From Pseudogymnoascus verrucosus (taxonomy: Eukaryota), in the NCBI GenBank assembly GCA_001662655.1, contig KV460286.1: DNA of 64,000 nt. One strand, 5' to 3'. Position 1 is the stretch's first letter. Every line of letters begins with the position of its first letter. Below, piece after piece: positions 47,401-59,793 of the stretch. The position numbers were made by a program, and so were the translations under genes. Below the pieces are notes generated by a model, which saw only the letters and a program-made list of their open reading frames with translations, searched no databases and was not told the origin of the DNA.

Positions 47401-50400
47401 TGGAACCGTCAATAACCCAAGACTGGGCCTCTCAGGACCAAAGCGTCCACCAATAAACACATCGCTTGATGGCAATGTCGATGCACCATCTTCCGTCATG
47501 TCCAAACGGGAACTGGGGAGGGGCATTCTGCAAATGTACACAGACTTGCTGTGTGAGAAAGGAAGCACTATAAACCTGAAAAGGTTTGCCAAAACTGTCA
47601 CAAATAAGGTAAGCTGCCCCAATGACTTCAACGTACTCTCCCTAACATGAGTAGTGGCTGTTGCATCTTTTGGCTGAAGACGATGCTGAAGTTGTCGTTC
47701 TCGGAACTAAGATCCTGGCTCGTCTCCTTGTTGTCCATGGTTCTGCATATGTGAAGAAGTTCACAGAATCAAGTGGTGGCTTTGTTGTCATGCGCTATCG
47801 ATTAAAGCGGTGGTGGGATATACCTACGCTTTATCCCATCATCTTCAGCATTCTCTTCAACTACGACGTAGCTGAGATTGATTTTGAAAGGTCGTTTGAT
47901 CTATTCAGTCTTTCTGAACTGTTTGGGCGTAAGTCCTTGGTATATCCTGACGTCCTTCCAATTATTGTGTCCATGCTACAGCAAGGACTTAATACCTTGG
48001 TTCATAACCAAGATGATCCCGATTCGCCCCATCCTGATAAGAACAACGGCCCTGCTGGAGGTCAGTTAAAAGTGCCAACCCTAGGATCACGACGGAGATC
48101 AATGTCCTTGACAAAAGAATTGGAGGCGCGACGTAAGTTCATATCCACACCTTTTCTCCCCGACAGCCCCCTAATTGTTATTTTCAGAACTAGCAACATC
48201 TTCCACAGAGAAGCTTGGTGGCCAGGCAACTGTGCTCCATGCAGTTATCAGGTTCTTATCGTATCTCCACGAACAGTCTCAGAATTTCCGTGATTTTTCT
48301 ATCACCTCTGAGTATGTGCGGCTCCTTTTTGCCGTTCTCTTCCCGGCGGTAGTCAATGCAGACGCTGTCAGCCCCGAAACTGAGCTAAATTCGCGGGATT
48401 CTGCTCTTACATTTGATGGAGAAGATGTTATCATCCGCCCGACCCAAAGAGGATTATCGGCGCCGTCTCCGGTTGTCCGTACCACTACCGTCGAAACACA
48501 TCTCGGTCAAGATGTACACGGGACCAGCTCCAAAGCAAAACCGCTTCGACGTGGCTCATCCTTTATACTGTTAACAGCAAACCGCCCTGCATTGTCGCCA
48601 TCTCCGGCAAAGTTGACGGGGATAGGTAACCCGCAGAATGCAGTCATATCTCAAAAGGTTGGCAATGCTGTCGTCGAGGAGCTACTGGAACTCACCATCA
48701 ATGTGTTTCTTGATCAGATTCTTGAGCGTAAAGAATTCCCAGGCTTTGGCCTGTTTCTCAAAGTGCCACCAGGGTTCCAGGAACACCAAGCATATTTCGA
48801 ATCATACATATTGCGGAATACAATATCACACGTTTCCAATACGATACAATTACAACCCAAGTTATTAATACAACCAAAAATCATAACAAACATGGCCCGT
48901 TTCACAACCCATATCACAGAGGCAATTTTTGAAGGATGGTTCCTTGGAGGTGCGGAGCCATTTTTGGATTTTGCTGGACACCTGCTGGACTATTTCCAAC
49001 AAGGAGAAACGTCAAAGATTAAAAGTGTTCGGCTTTGCAACCAAGCGATCCAAACCATTCGCAGCACGTTCCTGCGGGTCGTGCTTTTACGCTTGTCCGA
49101 AATCGATGCTGCGGGCGTTACTGAAGAGGAAGCCGCCCTGTTTATGAACAAGTTGCTTTACTGGCAGACCATTTTCCTGTCGGCCGAGGCTAGTGAAGGG
49201 GAGTTCTTGAAGCTCATGTGTTATCAGCTATACATGAAGTTGGTTGACCCGCGCCAGAAAATATGCTCGGCTGCGGCGGACCTGTGGCGTATTTTACTTG
49301 TTCAAAAACCGGACGAAACATCAGCGATCTTGGTGATGTCTATGGACAAACAAAGGCTAATTTTAGGATTCAAGAGGTTAATGGAACTAGACAACGAATC
49401 GTTTGTCGAGTGGGTCGGTGACCATCGAGATGAACTCGACAAACCGTTTTTTGGCGCACTGTCCAAAACATGGGAAGATTTTGTTAATGCCGAAAACGGG
49501 AAAACGGAAGAGGCATTGAAGACGCGCCTGGCCAAGCGCAAGGATAGGCTGAGGCAATGGCAGGGAGAGGACAGGAACGATGCGGATGTTATGCTACGTC
49601 ATGACCTTACATCCAATCTTTGGGGGAAGAATATTTACGCCGCCGAGCATCTGAAACACCAGAGGACGATGCAGGATCAACAAGAAAACCTCACATTCAT
49701 GATTAATTCGTTTATAAAGATGGGTCGAGACTTGCATAGGACCTGTGGCGTTTTCGACAATGGTGTGCCATGTAAGTGGAGGTTGGATCAAACCGAGGGT
49801 CGCAATAGGATGAGACTTCGTTTAATTCCTGATCGACCCAGCTCCGAGGAGTATCAACCCAAAAGGAAAAACAATGTGCCAGAACCAGCCATCAAACTTA
49901 ATACTCAACTTGGACCAGCACCGGCTACTGCAGACGTCGCTCCAACACCAGTATCTACCGCTATCCCTGTACTAGATGGGTCCCAGGATTCGACAAGCGG
50001 TGTTTCAACCATCGGTTCTGGCAAGCAAGAATCAGAAGACGCAGCGAGCGTTGTTGGAGAGGAAGACTTTGAACTTATTGACGATCCAAATGATAATGAC
50101 GACAACTTTGAAGATAAGCAGAGGAAGGTTATGAGGAGTCTAGAACGTGGGGATCAGGTCCAGCACGTTTTCAACATATCTCGGATTATTGGTCTTGAGG
50201 CTTGTGAAGGGCTTCTAATACTTGGAAAGGACTCGCTCTATCTCATTGACGACTTCTTTCAACGGTCTGATGGGGAGATTGTCGATGTATGGAACGCACC
50301 CGCCGACGAAAGAGATCCATACGTTCAGATGATTTCGGGAAAGGAAATTAAGGAAAAGCCGTCGAAGAGCACAGGCGAGCAAGAAAGTCGCAGCTGGAAA

Positions 50401-52568
50401 TGGAGTGAGGTACTGAGCGTTTCGAAGCGCAGGTTTTTGTTCCGCGATGTTGCCGTGGAGGTTTTTTTCACTGATGGGAGAAGTTATCTTCTAACTGCCT
50501 TGAATCCGGTGCTTCGAAATGATCTTTATTCGACGATGACGAGCAAGGCACCGCACCCCAGCGATAAATCGCCGCCTGCTGATGGAGAAGATGCGTGGCG
50601 AATGGAGGCGCTGAAGGCCCCCGACGAGGCACCCACAACGCTCAGTTCCCGCATCGCTGGCCTAATGAACTCATCTCCCTGGAACCCAACGATGCGTAGG
50701 TGGGCCAAGGGAGAGATATCCAACTTTCACTACCTGATGCTAGTGAACACCATGGCCGGACGCACATTTAACGATTTGACTCAGTACCCGGTATTCCCGT
50801 GGGTCATTGCAGATTATACCAGCGAAGAGCTTGACTTGGATAATCCGGCAACATTCCGTGACCTTTCGAAACCCATGGGATGCCAGCATCTCAGCAGGGC
50901 AGCTGATTTCGTGGAAAGGTATAAAACCTTTGCGGAAATGGGCGAACAGAATCCGTTCCACTATGGCACGCATTATACTTCTGCTATGATTGTGGCCTCG
51001 TACTTAATCAGATTGCAGCCGTTTGTCCAATCATACCTCTTGATCCAAGGGGGTAACTTCGACCACCCCGACCGCATGTTTTATTCGATAGAAAAGGCAT
51101 GGAAATCAGCATCGCGGGACAATATGACTGATGTTAGGGAGCTGACACCAGAGTTTTTCTGTCTACCCGAATTCCTTACCAATAGTAACGGCTTCAACTT
51201 CGGATTACGGCAGGGTACTGGCGGTTCTATCGACAACGTCGAATTGCCGCCATGGGCCAAAGGCGACCCTAAAATATTTATTGCAAAGAATAGAGAAGCA
51301 CTAGAGAGCCCGTACGCCAGCGCCCATCTTCACGAGTGGATCGACCTCGTCTTTGGCTGCAAGCAAAATGGCGAGTCTGCAATCGAGAACGTAAACGTAT
51401 TCCACCACTTATCATACCGTGGAGCAACGGATTTAGACGCAATACAAGACCGCCACGAGAAGTTACAGACCATCAGCATAATTCACAACTTTGGCCAAAC
51501 ACCTCACCAAGTTTTCTCAAAGCCACATCAATCTCGCGACGACTGGAAAAATAATCCACGCCGGCTTGATACAACCGCAAGTTCACTTACGCGCCTTCCA
51601 TTTCCACTATTTGAGCACCCCGACAAAATAACCTCTTTGACCTACGCACCTAAGCTCGATCGATTACTCTGTGGCTCCGCCTTCCGCTTGAATATGCCCT
51701 CATTATTTGATAAATACATGGAATGGGGCTTCGCAGACAACAGTGTGCGATTTTACGCGGCAGATTCCAAAAAGCTACTCGGCTTGTTTGAGAACTTGCA
51801 CCAAGGCCAGCTCTCATCGGCGATGTTTGTAGACTCCAAAACTCTGGTCACAGCAGGTGTCGACTGTGTGGTCTCCGTATGGAGGACGACCGTCTCGCCA
51901 AATGCCAAGTCTGTGGACCTCGCTCCTATGACTAGCCTCTTTGGGCATACGCAGCCTGTTTCTACACTAGCAGTGAGCAAAAGCTTCAGCACGATCCTAT
52001 CGGCATCGACTGATGGCGTCGTCCTATTATGGGACCTTAACCGTCTCGAGTTCGTGCTCAAGCTCGCCTCAGGCCGCGCGGTGCAGTGTGCGCAGATCAA
52101 CTCTGTCACCGGTGATATCTTGCTTTGCCGCGGGCAGCGAGCCGCGCTATACACGCTTAATGGCGACTTAATGGTCGACCAGAACATCTGCACCGACTCG
52201 GACGACTACGTACATTCTTGTGCATTCTACGAGGGTGCAGGCAACGAATGGCTTGTGAACACGTTGATCTTTACCGGACATCGGCGTGGTGTGGTGAACT
52301 GCTGGCGCAAGTGTGTGGGGGCGAGTGGGAAGTGGAATCTAGAGCTAGTGAAACGACTCGATCATGTCGACCAGAGAAAGGGAGGAGAGAGGACCCCAGG
52401 CACGATTACTGCTCTAACGCCAATGCCCACTGGGTTATATACTGGAGACGAGGATGGCAAGGCTGTAAGTCTTGATGTCACCACTCAAACAGATTCAGGA
52501 CAAATACTAATTTGAACCAGTACGAATGGACGTGTGTGCAAAGAGCAGTTGGGACCGTACGTTCATGA
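44491..52568 (+). CDS. BPH1: BEACH-domain (beige/Bph1/WDFY3-like) protein: ConA-like, DUF4704, PH, BEACH, WD40
   Basis: 'WAKGEISNFHYLMLVNTMAGRTFNDLTQYPVFPWVIADY', 'DVRELTPEFF', 'WIDLVFG', 'NFGQTPHQVF', WD repeats. Four short introns; the last exon 52521-52568 ends in TGA. Confidence 0.93.
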
Positions 52569-52609
52569 GTCATTGATCACGTACGTTAAATATGTTAAGG
52601 GGTCCAATA

Positions 52610-53104
52610 TGTATGGAATCGGAGCGAATCCATGGGAGGGGCTGTTGTAGCTAGCTGTACGTAGAGAATGTGGGGCATATATCCTCTAGTGTCTGCAAAA
52701 CTATAAACCTAAATCAACTACACTTTAAAGTAGTGCCGTGACACCCATAGTAGTCAAAGTGACCCACAGCAGTCACTTTGACTGCTGTGGGTCAACTGGG
52801 GGTAACTATTATAGAGCTATTCTGAGCTAACTACAAACTACTATTTGAGTGAGCTAACTACAGGCTACCGTGACGGTAGCTGTCAGAAACTGAAAAAATG
52901 ACACCTGCCGACACGTAGCGTTCTCTACGTTGTATGGAATCGGAGCGAATCCATGGGAGGGGCCGTCGTAGCTAGCCGTACGAACGGTACGTGTCGGCAG
53001 GTGTCATTTTTATCAGTTTCTGACAGCTACCATCACGGTAGCCTGTAGTTAGCTCAGAATAGCTCCATAATAGTTACCCCCAGTTGACCCACAGCAGTCA
53101 AAGT
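52610..53104. repeat. Complex fold-back: ~123-bp inverted arms enclosing a direct copy of upstream DNA
   Basis: Arms 52775-52923 (with a 27-bp insertion) and 52982-53104. The loop 52931-52982 duplicates 52610-52661. A perfect 16-bp hairpin lies at 52760-52794. Confidence 0.9.
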
Positions 53105-53271
53105 TATCACAATAGCTTAATTCAGTTATAGAGGCAATAGCTCCCCAACAGCCACAAGCCATAGTAGTAAACAGTAGTTAAATAGGCAGGTGCCAGGGAT
53201 GATTTGAATATGATTTACATCACCACCGCGAACACACATCAACGTCAAACCAACCTTCTGCACTACACATC

Positions 53272-54220
53272 ATGTCTTCTATGCCGCCGCATAGTTACAT
53301 GATGTCAGACCCTTTGCCTGGGTCTCCAGGACTGCTGGGCGAGGCATCAATATACTTTCATGAGGAGATAGACGGAGGAGAACTCTTTCCTGCCCCGCTC
53401 AATGGGGATAATATGCTCCAGTTCAGTGGGCAACCATGGCAAAACACGGACGAAATGACCGGCAACAGCACTTCAGCACAAACATGGCCAGTCTCGGCGG
53501 ACATGACCCGCAACGATTCTTCGGCCACGTCTCAAAGCCGCCAGTCGTTCGATTTTCCAGCGGCAGCTGAACAGCTGCAAACGACAGCACTTCAATCCGT
53601 TGAAATGAAATTGAAGACCTCATCGTCACCGTCTCCCAGCTTGCTCGGTAGCACCTCCCCTCGGGGTATGCGAACAAGAAAGCGCAAGAGCTCGCCTCTA
53701 TCTGATGAAGACGAGGAGGAAGATGGGACGCCTGAGTCGCCACCGAAGCCACCAATGAAGAAGACGGCCCACAACATGATTGAGAAGCGTTATCGAACAA
53801 ACCTCAATGACAAAATCGCCGCCTTGAGACAGAGCGTCCCGAGTCTCAGAGCCACGGAAAAGACCCTGGGTGGGAAAGGAGCCAAGAATTTGGCCGATGT
53901 CATGGAGGACTTGGATGGGCTGATCCCACCGAACAAGCTGAACAAGGTGCGCTTCCTTTCGTTTCATAAACTGCATTGACCTAACACAAGCACAGGCTAC
54001 GATCCTTTCCAAAGCCACGGAATATATCGGCCATCTTGAGCGCCGCAACAAATCCCTCCACGCTGAGAAGTTGTCTCTCATTGATCGTATCAATACGTTT
54101 GAGAATCTCCTCCTTGGTAGGAAGCATCATGGCCAACAGATGTACCATCAGGACCAGCTTCTTATACAGCAGCAGCACCAAATGATGGACCACGGCAATC
54201 AACGCCCCACCAGAAACTAG
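53272..54220 (+). CDS. SREBP-family bHLH-zipper transcription factor without transmembrane domain (SrbB/Hms1/Cph2-like group), 2 exons
   Basis: 'KKTAHNMIEKRYRTNLNDKIAALRQSVP' carries the SREBP-diagnostic Tyr. Intron 53947-53995, then 'ATILSKATEYIGHLERRN' and a short Q/H-rich tail to TAG 54218-54220. Confidence 0.88.
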
Positions 54221-54249
54221 TTGTTGTTGGAGGCCGCAGGGGACTATGC

Positions 54250-54403
54250 GTGACAGTGTTTTTTACAGGTTCACAGTAACCTCTTGTCTTAATAGTAATA
54301 TTCCTCAATCACACGGTTTAAACCTGTGACAAGCGTTTTTTTACAGGTTCACAGAAACCTCTCGTCTTAATAGTAATATTCCTCAATCACACGGTTTAAA
54401 CTG
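54250..54403. repeat. Tandem duplication of a ~76-78-bp unit in the convergent 3' intergenic gap
   Basis: The core tttttacaggttcacag(t/a)aacctct(t/c)gtcttaatagtaatattcctcaatcacacggtttaaac occurs twice. Confidence 0.9.
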
Positions 54404-54433
54404 TGCCAGCTAACTAAAAATACATGCTTTCCC

Positions 54434-57103
54434 CTAATTATCTTTGACCACGGGAACCTTTTTCTTGGCCAGTGCTTCCTCTCGCCAAGCCCACATGGCT
54501 GTCATCGCAGCTCCTGGGCCAACGAGAAGTGACAAACCAGCCATTGTCCCAATAATCTTTGCCCATCCCGCCTCCACCTTCTTCGCCTTTTTCAGGTCAC
54601 GGAAGCTCAGTAGCGTAAAGACAGCCCCGGCACCAAATGCACAGATCTGATCGTACCTGAAAGTCTTGGAAAGTCTCTGGAACAGCGGCACGGCTGCCCC
54701 TGGATTCCTGATGCCCTCGAGGAACACTTCCGTCGCCGACACGGGTGACTTAAAGCGGACGTATAAGAACGCGCAGGCTGCGGCAACTCCAGCGAAGCGG
54801 TAAACCCGGCGGAGGTGCGGCATATCTGCCTCGGGGTTGTCGATGCGATCTCTGTAGGTAGTGTCCTTGACGAACATTCCAAAGACGCGTTGGAGGATGG
54901 CAGCGTAAACGGGGAATGGCTGCCAGAACAGGCCGTTGACCCATTGGCGGGTGGCGAGGGTTGGGGCTGCGAACATGGCGACGGTGGGGGCGACGTACGA
55001 TAGGAGGATGGTGGGGATGATGGTCTTGACGGCGCCGATTTGGGTGAGTCGGTTGTCCGATGCGTGGTAGTTCTCCATCGGAGACTGGACGTAGTGCAGG
55101 AAGAAGTAAATTGGCGCCATGTAACCAATACCTTGGAGTTGGAAAAAGATTCCAAAAATAGTTGGCCTATTCGGGGTGAGTTATTGGTCATTTGTGGGAG
55201 ATATTTGCACTTACAATAGGTGGGATGCTGTGAGGAAGTTGCCGCGCCTAACACCCTCTATCATCCATATGGCCTGGATGGGAATTAAGTCTCCCAGTAG
55301 TGATATCATTTGCATTCGGCTGGCCGGGTCCTGTCCGCCAATTGATGGAGTAAAGGCCGCGACATAGATGGCAATGAAGTCATCAAAACCCTTGTGACCG
55401 AAGTAGCGGGTGACCAAAGGCACCACTCTTCCGTCGCCCAGAGCTACCTCGCCAGCTCTGGCCGCGTTCTCGAGCAATGGAAGGCCGGGGCCCAATGCCG
55501 GGCCCATGGTATTCGCACAACCATATAAGATGGCCAGAAGGGGAAGAGCATAGAGCGCTCGGACCAATTTGCTTTCATGCTTTCCAATGCCAGACTCAGG
55601 ATCCCAGGGCATTGTCGCTTCCAGGGACCTAGCTGGTGGAGGTAGGCTATCCAGCATCTCTGCTCCAACCATCGAATCGCAGGTAACGTCGGCCAAGAAG
55701 TCGCCCAAAGCAGGTATAGCATGAATCGCCATTATTTTATCAGTCAGTGTTGCCAATGCTTCGATTCGGGTTAAATCATTGGCCGATTTAATGGTGGCGT
55801 TTGCGCGTTCGTGGCGCTTCGCGTAAAATTCTTTCAATACCGTTCGAACCTCATCCGTCGATGGGCTTGTGCTCTTGAGCTTTGAGATGCTGTTGGCAAG
55901 TGCTGCGGCACTCTCGATAGCTGCATTACCGCCAGCTCCCAAGTTGGGGGTCATCTGTTATGTGTCAATTATGTAAGCTAACATCATTTCAGACTCTGTA
56001 AGTATACCTTGTGTATTGAATCTCCCAAGCACACGAATCTGTCCGAAATCCAATGTTGGTTCTCAGATTCTTCAAGGGGGCTCATGTTTGCGAATGTGCG
56101 CTTCTCCCACACCTGTCTGAATTTGATGGCGTCGGTCATATAGATATCAAGGAAGGGCTTTACAGCCTCGTCCATATCGGCCTTCGAGTACCTAGGTATA
56201 TCCTTCCCGTGATATCTTCTGTCGAGCCTTGAAAAGAAGAAGAAGTACATAGATCCACCTCGTCCTACGAAGGACAGGGTTGAATATCCTTTGGTGTATG
56301 ATCTGTGTGAGTCTCCAGGGTGGAGTACTCCTTGAATAGCATTACCAAGCCCGAAAATGCAACTATACTCCGCAGAGATACTATTGCTGTCTTTCTTTGT
56401 GGCGCCGGGACTCGACAACTCAATGTGCTGCTGCATCAGAGTTCTCACGGTGCTGTGTACTCCATCCGCTCCAACAACAATATCCCCAAAGTACTTGGAT
56501 CCGTCCTGGCAGTGCACGACAACTCGGGAATCTTGGTGGTCGACCTTGCATACTCGTTTGGATGTGTGAATCTTTGACTTGTCCGGAGTGTGGGCGTAGA
56601 GAACCTTCAATAAATCGCGGCGCTGGAGGAATGAGACTGGGTATCCCGTTCTAAGTTACTATCAGCATACTATTCCAAGTAGGAAAGGTGCGTATATATT
56701 TGAGATCCTATGTCCAATGGATAACAACACCATTTACAGAAACTGCAGTTCAATTCGCGCCTCAGCCAAAAACTCACCTGTTTTTTAGTAGACGAGGCGA
56801 ATTGCTGTCCACAATCAGCTTCCCGTCACCTCCCGTCCATGTCAAGGTGTTCTCCAGCGGCTCTACCATGCCGAACACATCGTCAAAGATGCCCAGCTGG
56901 TCGAGGATCCTGGAACCGTTGGGAAGGACGACAATTGATGCGCCAACTTGCGGCGCAATCTCGTCGCGAGACTCTAGAACCACGTAGTCAATGTCGCTGC
57001 AATAAAGAGAGTGCGCCAGCACTAATCCTGAAATCGATCCTCCCGCAATAATCACACGCAGACGGTCCTTCTTGCCCTCAGTTGAGGATCGAGCAGGCGC
57101 CAT
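54434..57103 (-). CDS. PaxM-type FAD-dependent monooxygenase (epoxidase) with a ~340-aa C-terminal membrane domain, ~810 aa, 4 exons
   Basis: [69 protein letters not shown]. The C-terminus is hydrophobic, with WMIEGVRRGN, GIGYMAPIYFFLHY and GPGAAMTAMWAWREE. Confidence 0.88.
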
Positions 57104-59164
57104 GATGGGATAATCCGTATGTTCGAGAGAAACTTAGCTTGGAGCCTGGTTCACAGCGCTTTTGTTGGAAAAGGGCGACCAGGACTTTTTAAGATCCAGG
57201 GACAGATAGGAAATATACTACCTGATACGTCGTCTTGTAACGCGTAGTTGTCAGCGTTACCTTGTCATGAATGCCTCGGGTACTAATATCGCGCCAAAAG
57301 ACCTCGCTCGCCAAGACAGCGAGCTTAGAGGCGCTGCAGATGCCCCTGATCGATTGTCGTTGCGTCAGTTTGCAAGGGCATTTGTGTGGGCATGTGAAGG
57401 GACAACCGAACGCACGGAGCAGCTTAAAACACCACGGGCCGTTAGCCGTGGGGATAGCCGTTTACCCCGCATCGCAAGTGACGACTCGAGCGTGAAGGAT
57501 GGAGTATAGATTATGGAATCAGCTCAATGCAGTATACACTAGCCATAAATAAGGAAGAGTTCAATTGCTGTTTTGGGTAGGCTATTGCTGACTCAAGCCA
57601 TGAAGAAGGGTTCAATCGCCGTTTTGATAGGCTATTGCCCCTCCTATTGCCCCGTCTGGACAGGCTATTGCACGTGTGGAGTAGAGTGATATCGAGGAGT
57701 GATAATCGCCGGATATCCGCACCTCGCAAATCCGACACTGAAACCCCTTCCCTTTCATTTCTTGCTCTGAAGGGCCGCGTACCCCCTATTTTATATATAT
57801 ATATAAATAGACTGCCCCCTCAATCCTACTGGCCTTTTAATACGAGGCTGTTGTTATGGTGCCGCTGTGCAGTAAGACTGATGGCCGGCAGTCTGGAAAT
57901 GAATAAACCGTTTGAAAGTTGCAAGCTGAGAACTGCCATAACGGTCATATAACCGACTGTTACGCTCTAAAGCAGTGCGACGGAGTTTAAGACATTCAAG
58001 CCTCGTTGTACAAAGTAAGCATACTGTCTGACCCATTGCATGCTTGCCAGGTATGTGCGTAGGCCTTTGTTTACTATGTGCCACGAATGAAAGCCGAAGG
58101 GGAATAGAAGGCATGTGTCTTCACACTGTGGGTTATATGTAAAGGTACTTGGAATAAAATAAAATAAATTGAAAAAGAAAAAGAAAATTATTTACGGCGA
58201 TTTAATTCTAGTACGCAAGTATAAATATAAAGAAAACGGCATTTGTTTCGCAATATATATATTAAAGTAATAAAGCGTGTTGTTCGGCCATACGGTCGGG
58301 TCGATGTCGATGTTCTGGGACTTGACAATTTGAAGTTATGGGAACTGAAGTACCTCCGCATACAAAATTAAGTATAACGGTACACGTATCCCATCACACC
58401 TGCCATGACTACTATTATGTCTTATCTGACTTTCGCCGATAAGAATCGCTGAAAGCTCAATCACCTTTTCAGCATCTTGAACACCCATTAATTGGAGATT
58501 ACTTCTCAAAACATCTATAACACATGTATGCTTCCCCAGAGACTTGGACATAGTTCCGCTGGAGACATGATCCTCACGCCAGAATAACAAAGATGTTGCC
58601 CATTGGCATCACTCTTGTTGGGATAGTAATGGCCCGGACAGTTACACTCGTGCCTGGAGCACATACTTGCGGCTTGGTTCCGAGTTCATGATCACGATAT
58701 GAACTTGAAACCGCAATACCAATGAAATGATTGCGATCAGCAAGATCGGGCGGCCACGCGAGTCCGGATCTTCGTGTGGCGGGCGATCAGTGTGGCGTTT
58801 GAGCAATGTGGGAGCCAGATGAATCAATTGTCTCGGCTGGTGAACAGCGTCACACGGGATTACAGTGCCAGCTCAACATGCCTGTATCAAAAGAAACACT
58901 ACGGTATATGTCTATCCCTAGGAATGATGCTACACTGGCAAGCACTCCTAGAGTTTACGAGGGACAGCGCATGTTTCGTTTCACAGGACTCAGTACTTCC
59001 TGCTTGAGACGACGCACTGTTGAGATACACCTAGATGGGACGACCCTTTGGCTTATATTGCATATTGCGAACATCGAACACACAATGAGCGCATCGTCAC
59101 TCAAACTCCCGACCCAGCCGGGTGACGCGGAGAATTCGGTGGTGACAGAACAGACAGAGCAACA

Positions 59165-59197
59165 ACGTCAATAACGTCAATAACGTCAACAACGTCA
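59165..59197. promoter_or_regulatory. Four tandem ACGTCA (CRE half-site) motifs at 9-bp period
   Basis: acgtcaataacgtcaataacgtcaacaacgtca, about 600 bp upstream of the RTA1-like ATG. Function is unproven. Confidence 0.3.
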
Positions 59198-59793
59198 GCG
59201 AAATTGTGGCGTGGGTCCCATCCCATCATCCTCCTCGCTTCCGCACCCAGAGAAAGCACATTGGCTAGCTCGTACCTCGCTTGCGTTGGGTTCAAACTCT
59301 GAGTGGATGGGTGGATTTCCTCTTCATTTTTGGTGGATCCAGATTCGGAACAGGCAGCATCCGCCTTTTAGACTCTTGGCATCACCGTTTCTTTGGCCAA
59401 GCGCCGCGCGCCTAAACTCTTTAGTCTGGAGCAGTCTTCTTCCTCGACGAATAGCGTCCCAAGACACGACGCGAGTACGAGGAACGAGATACGACACGTG
59501 GGGGCCTTGCCTTTTATCGAAGAGACCCCAGTAAAGCCCCTACATGCCTTGGCTTTGGGGCTGGGCTTGGTGGGGATGGTGCGAAAACGATGTACGATGG
59601 ATTTCTAACCGACCTTTTAAGTTCCGATGTCCGACATGGTGCTGACAGCTCCGTTATCTCGTTTCTATTTGGTTGACATCCCTTACCTTCGTTCTCTCTG
59701 ACGTGTTTTCCTTTCTTTCTTTTCAAAGTTGATTTCGACATATCTGTATCGATCGCGCGGACAGGTCCCAACGTTGTTGTTCTTGTTGTCGAG

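Noticed and set aside
52760..52794. Helitron 3' terminal hairpin
   Set aside because: No CTRR terminus at the expected distance and no Rep/helicase remnant nearby.
57267..59771. Short ORFs in the FMO-RTA1 intergenic region
   Set aside because: No recognisable motifs, signal peptides or convincing splice structure; treated as promoter DNA, though a decayed gene cannot be excluded.
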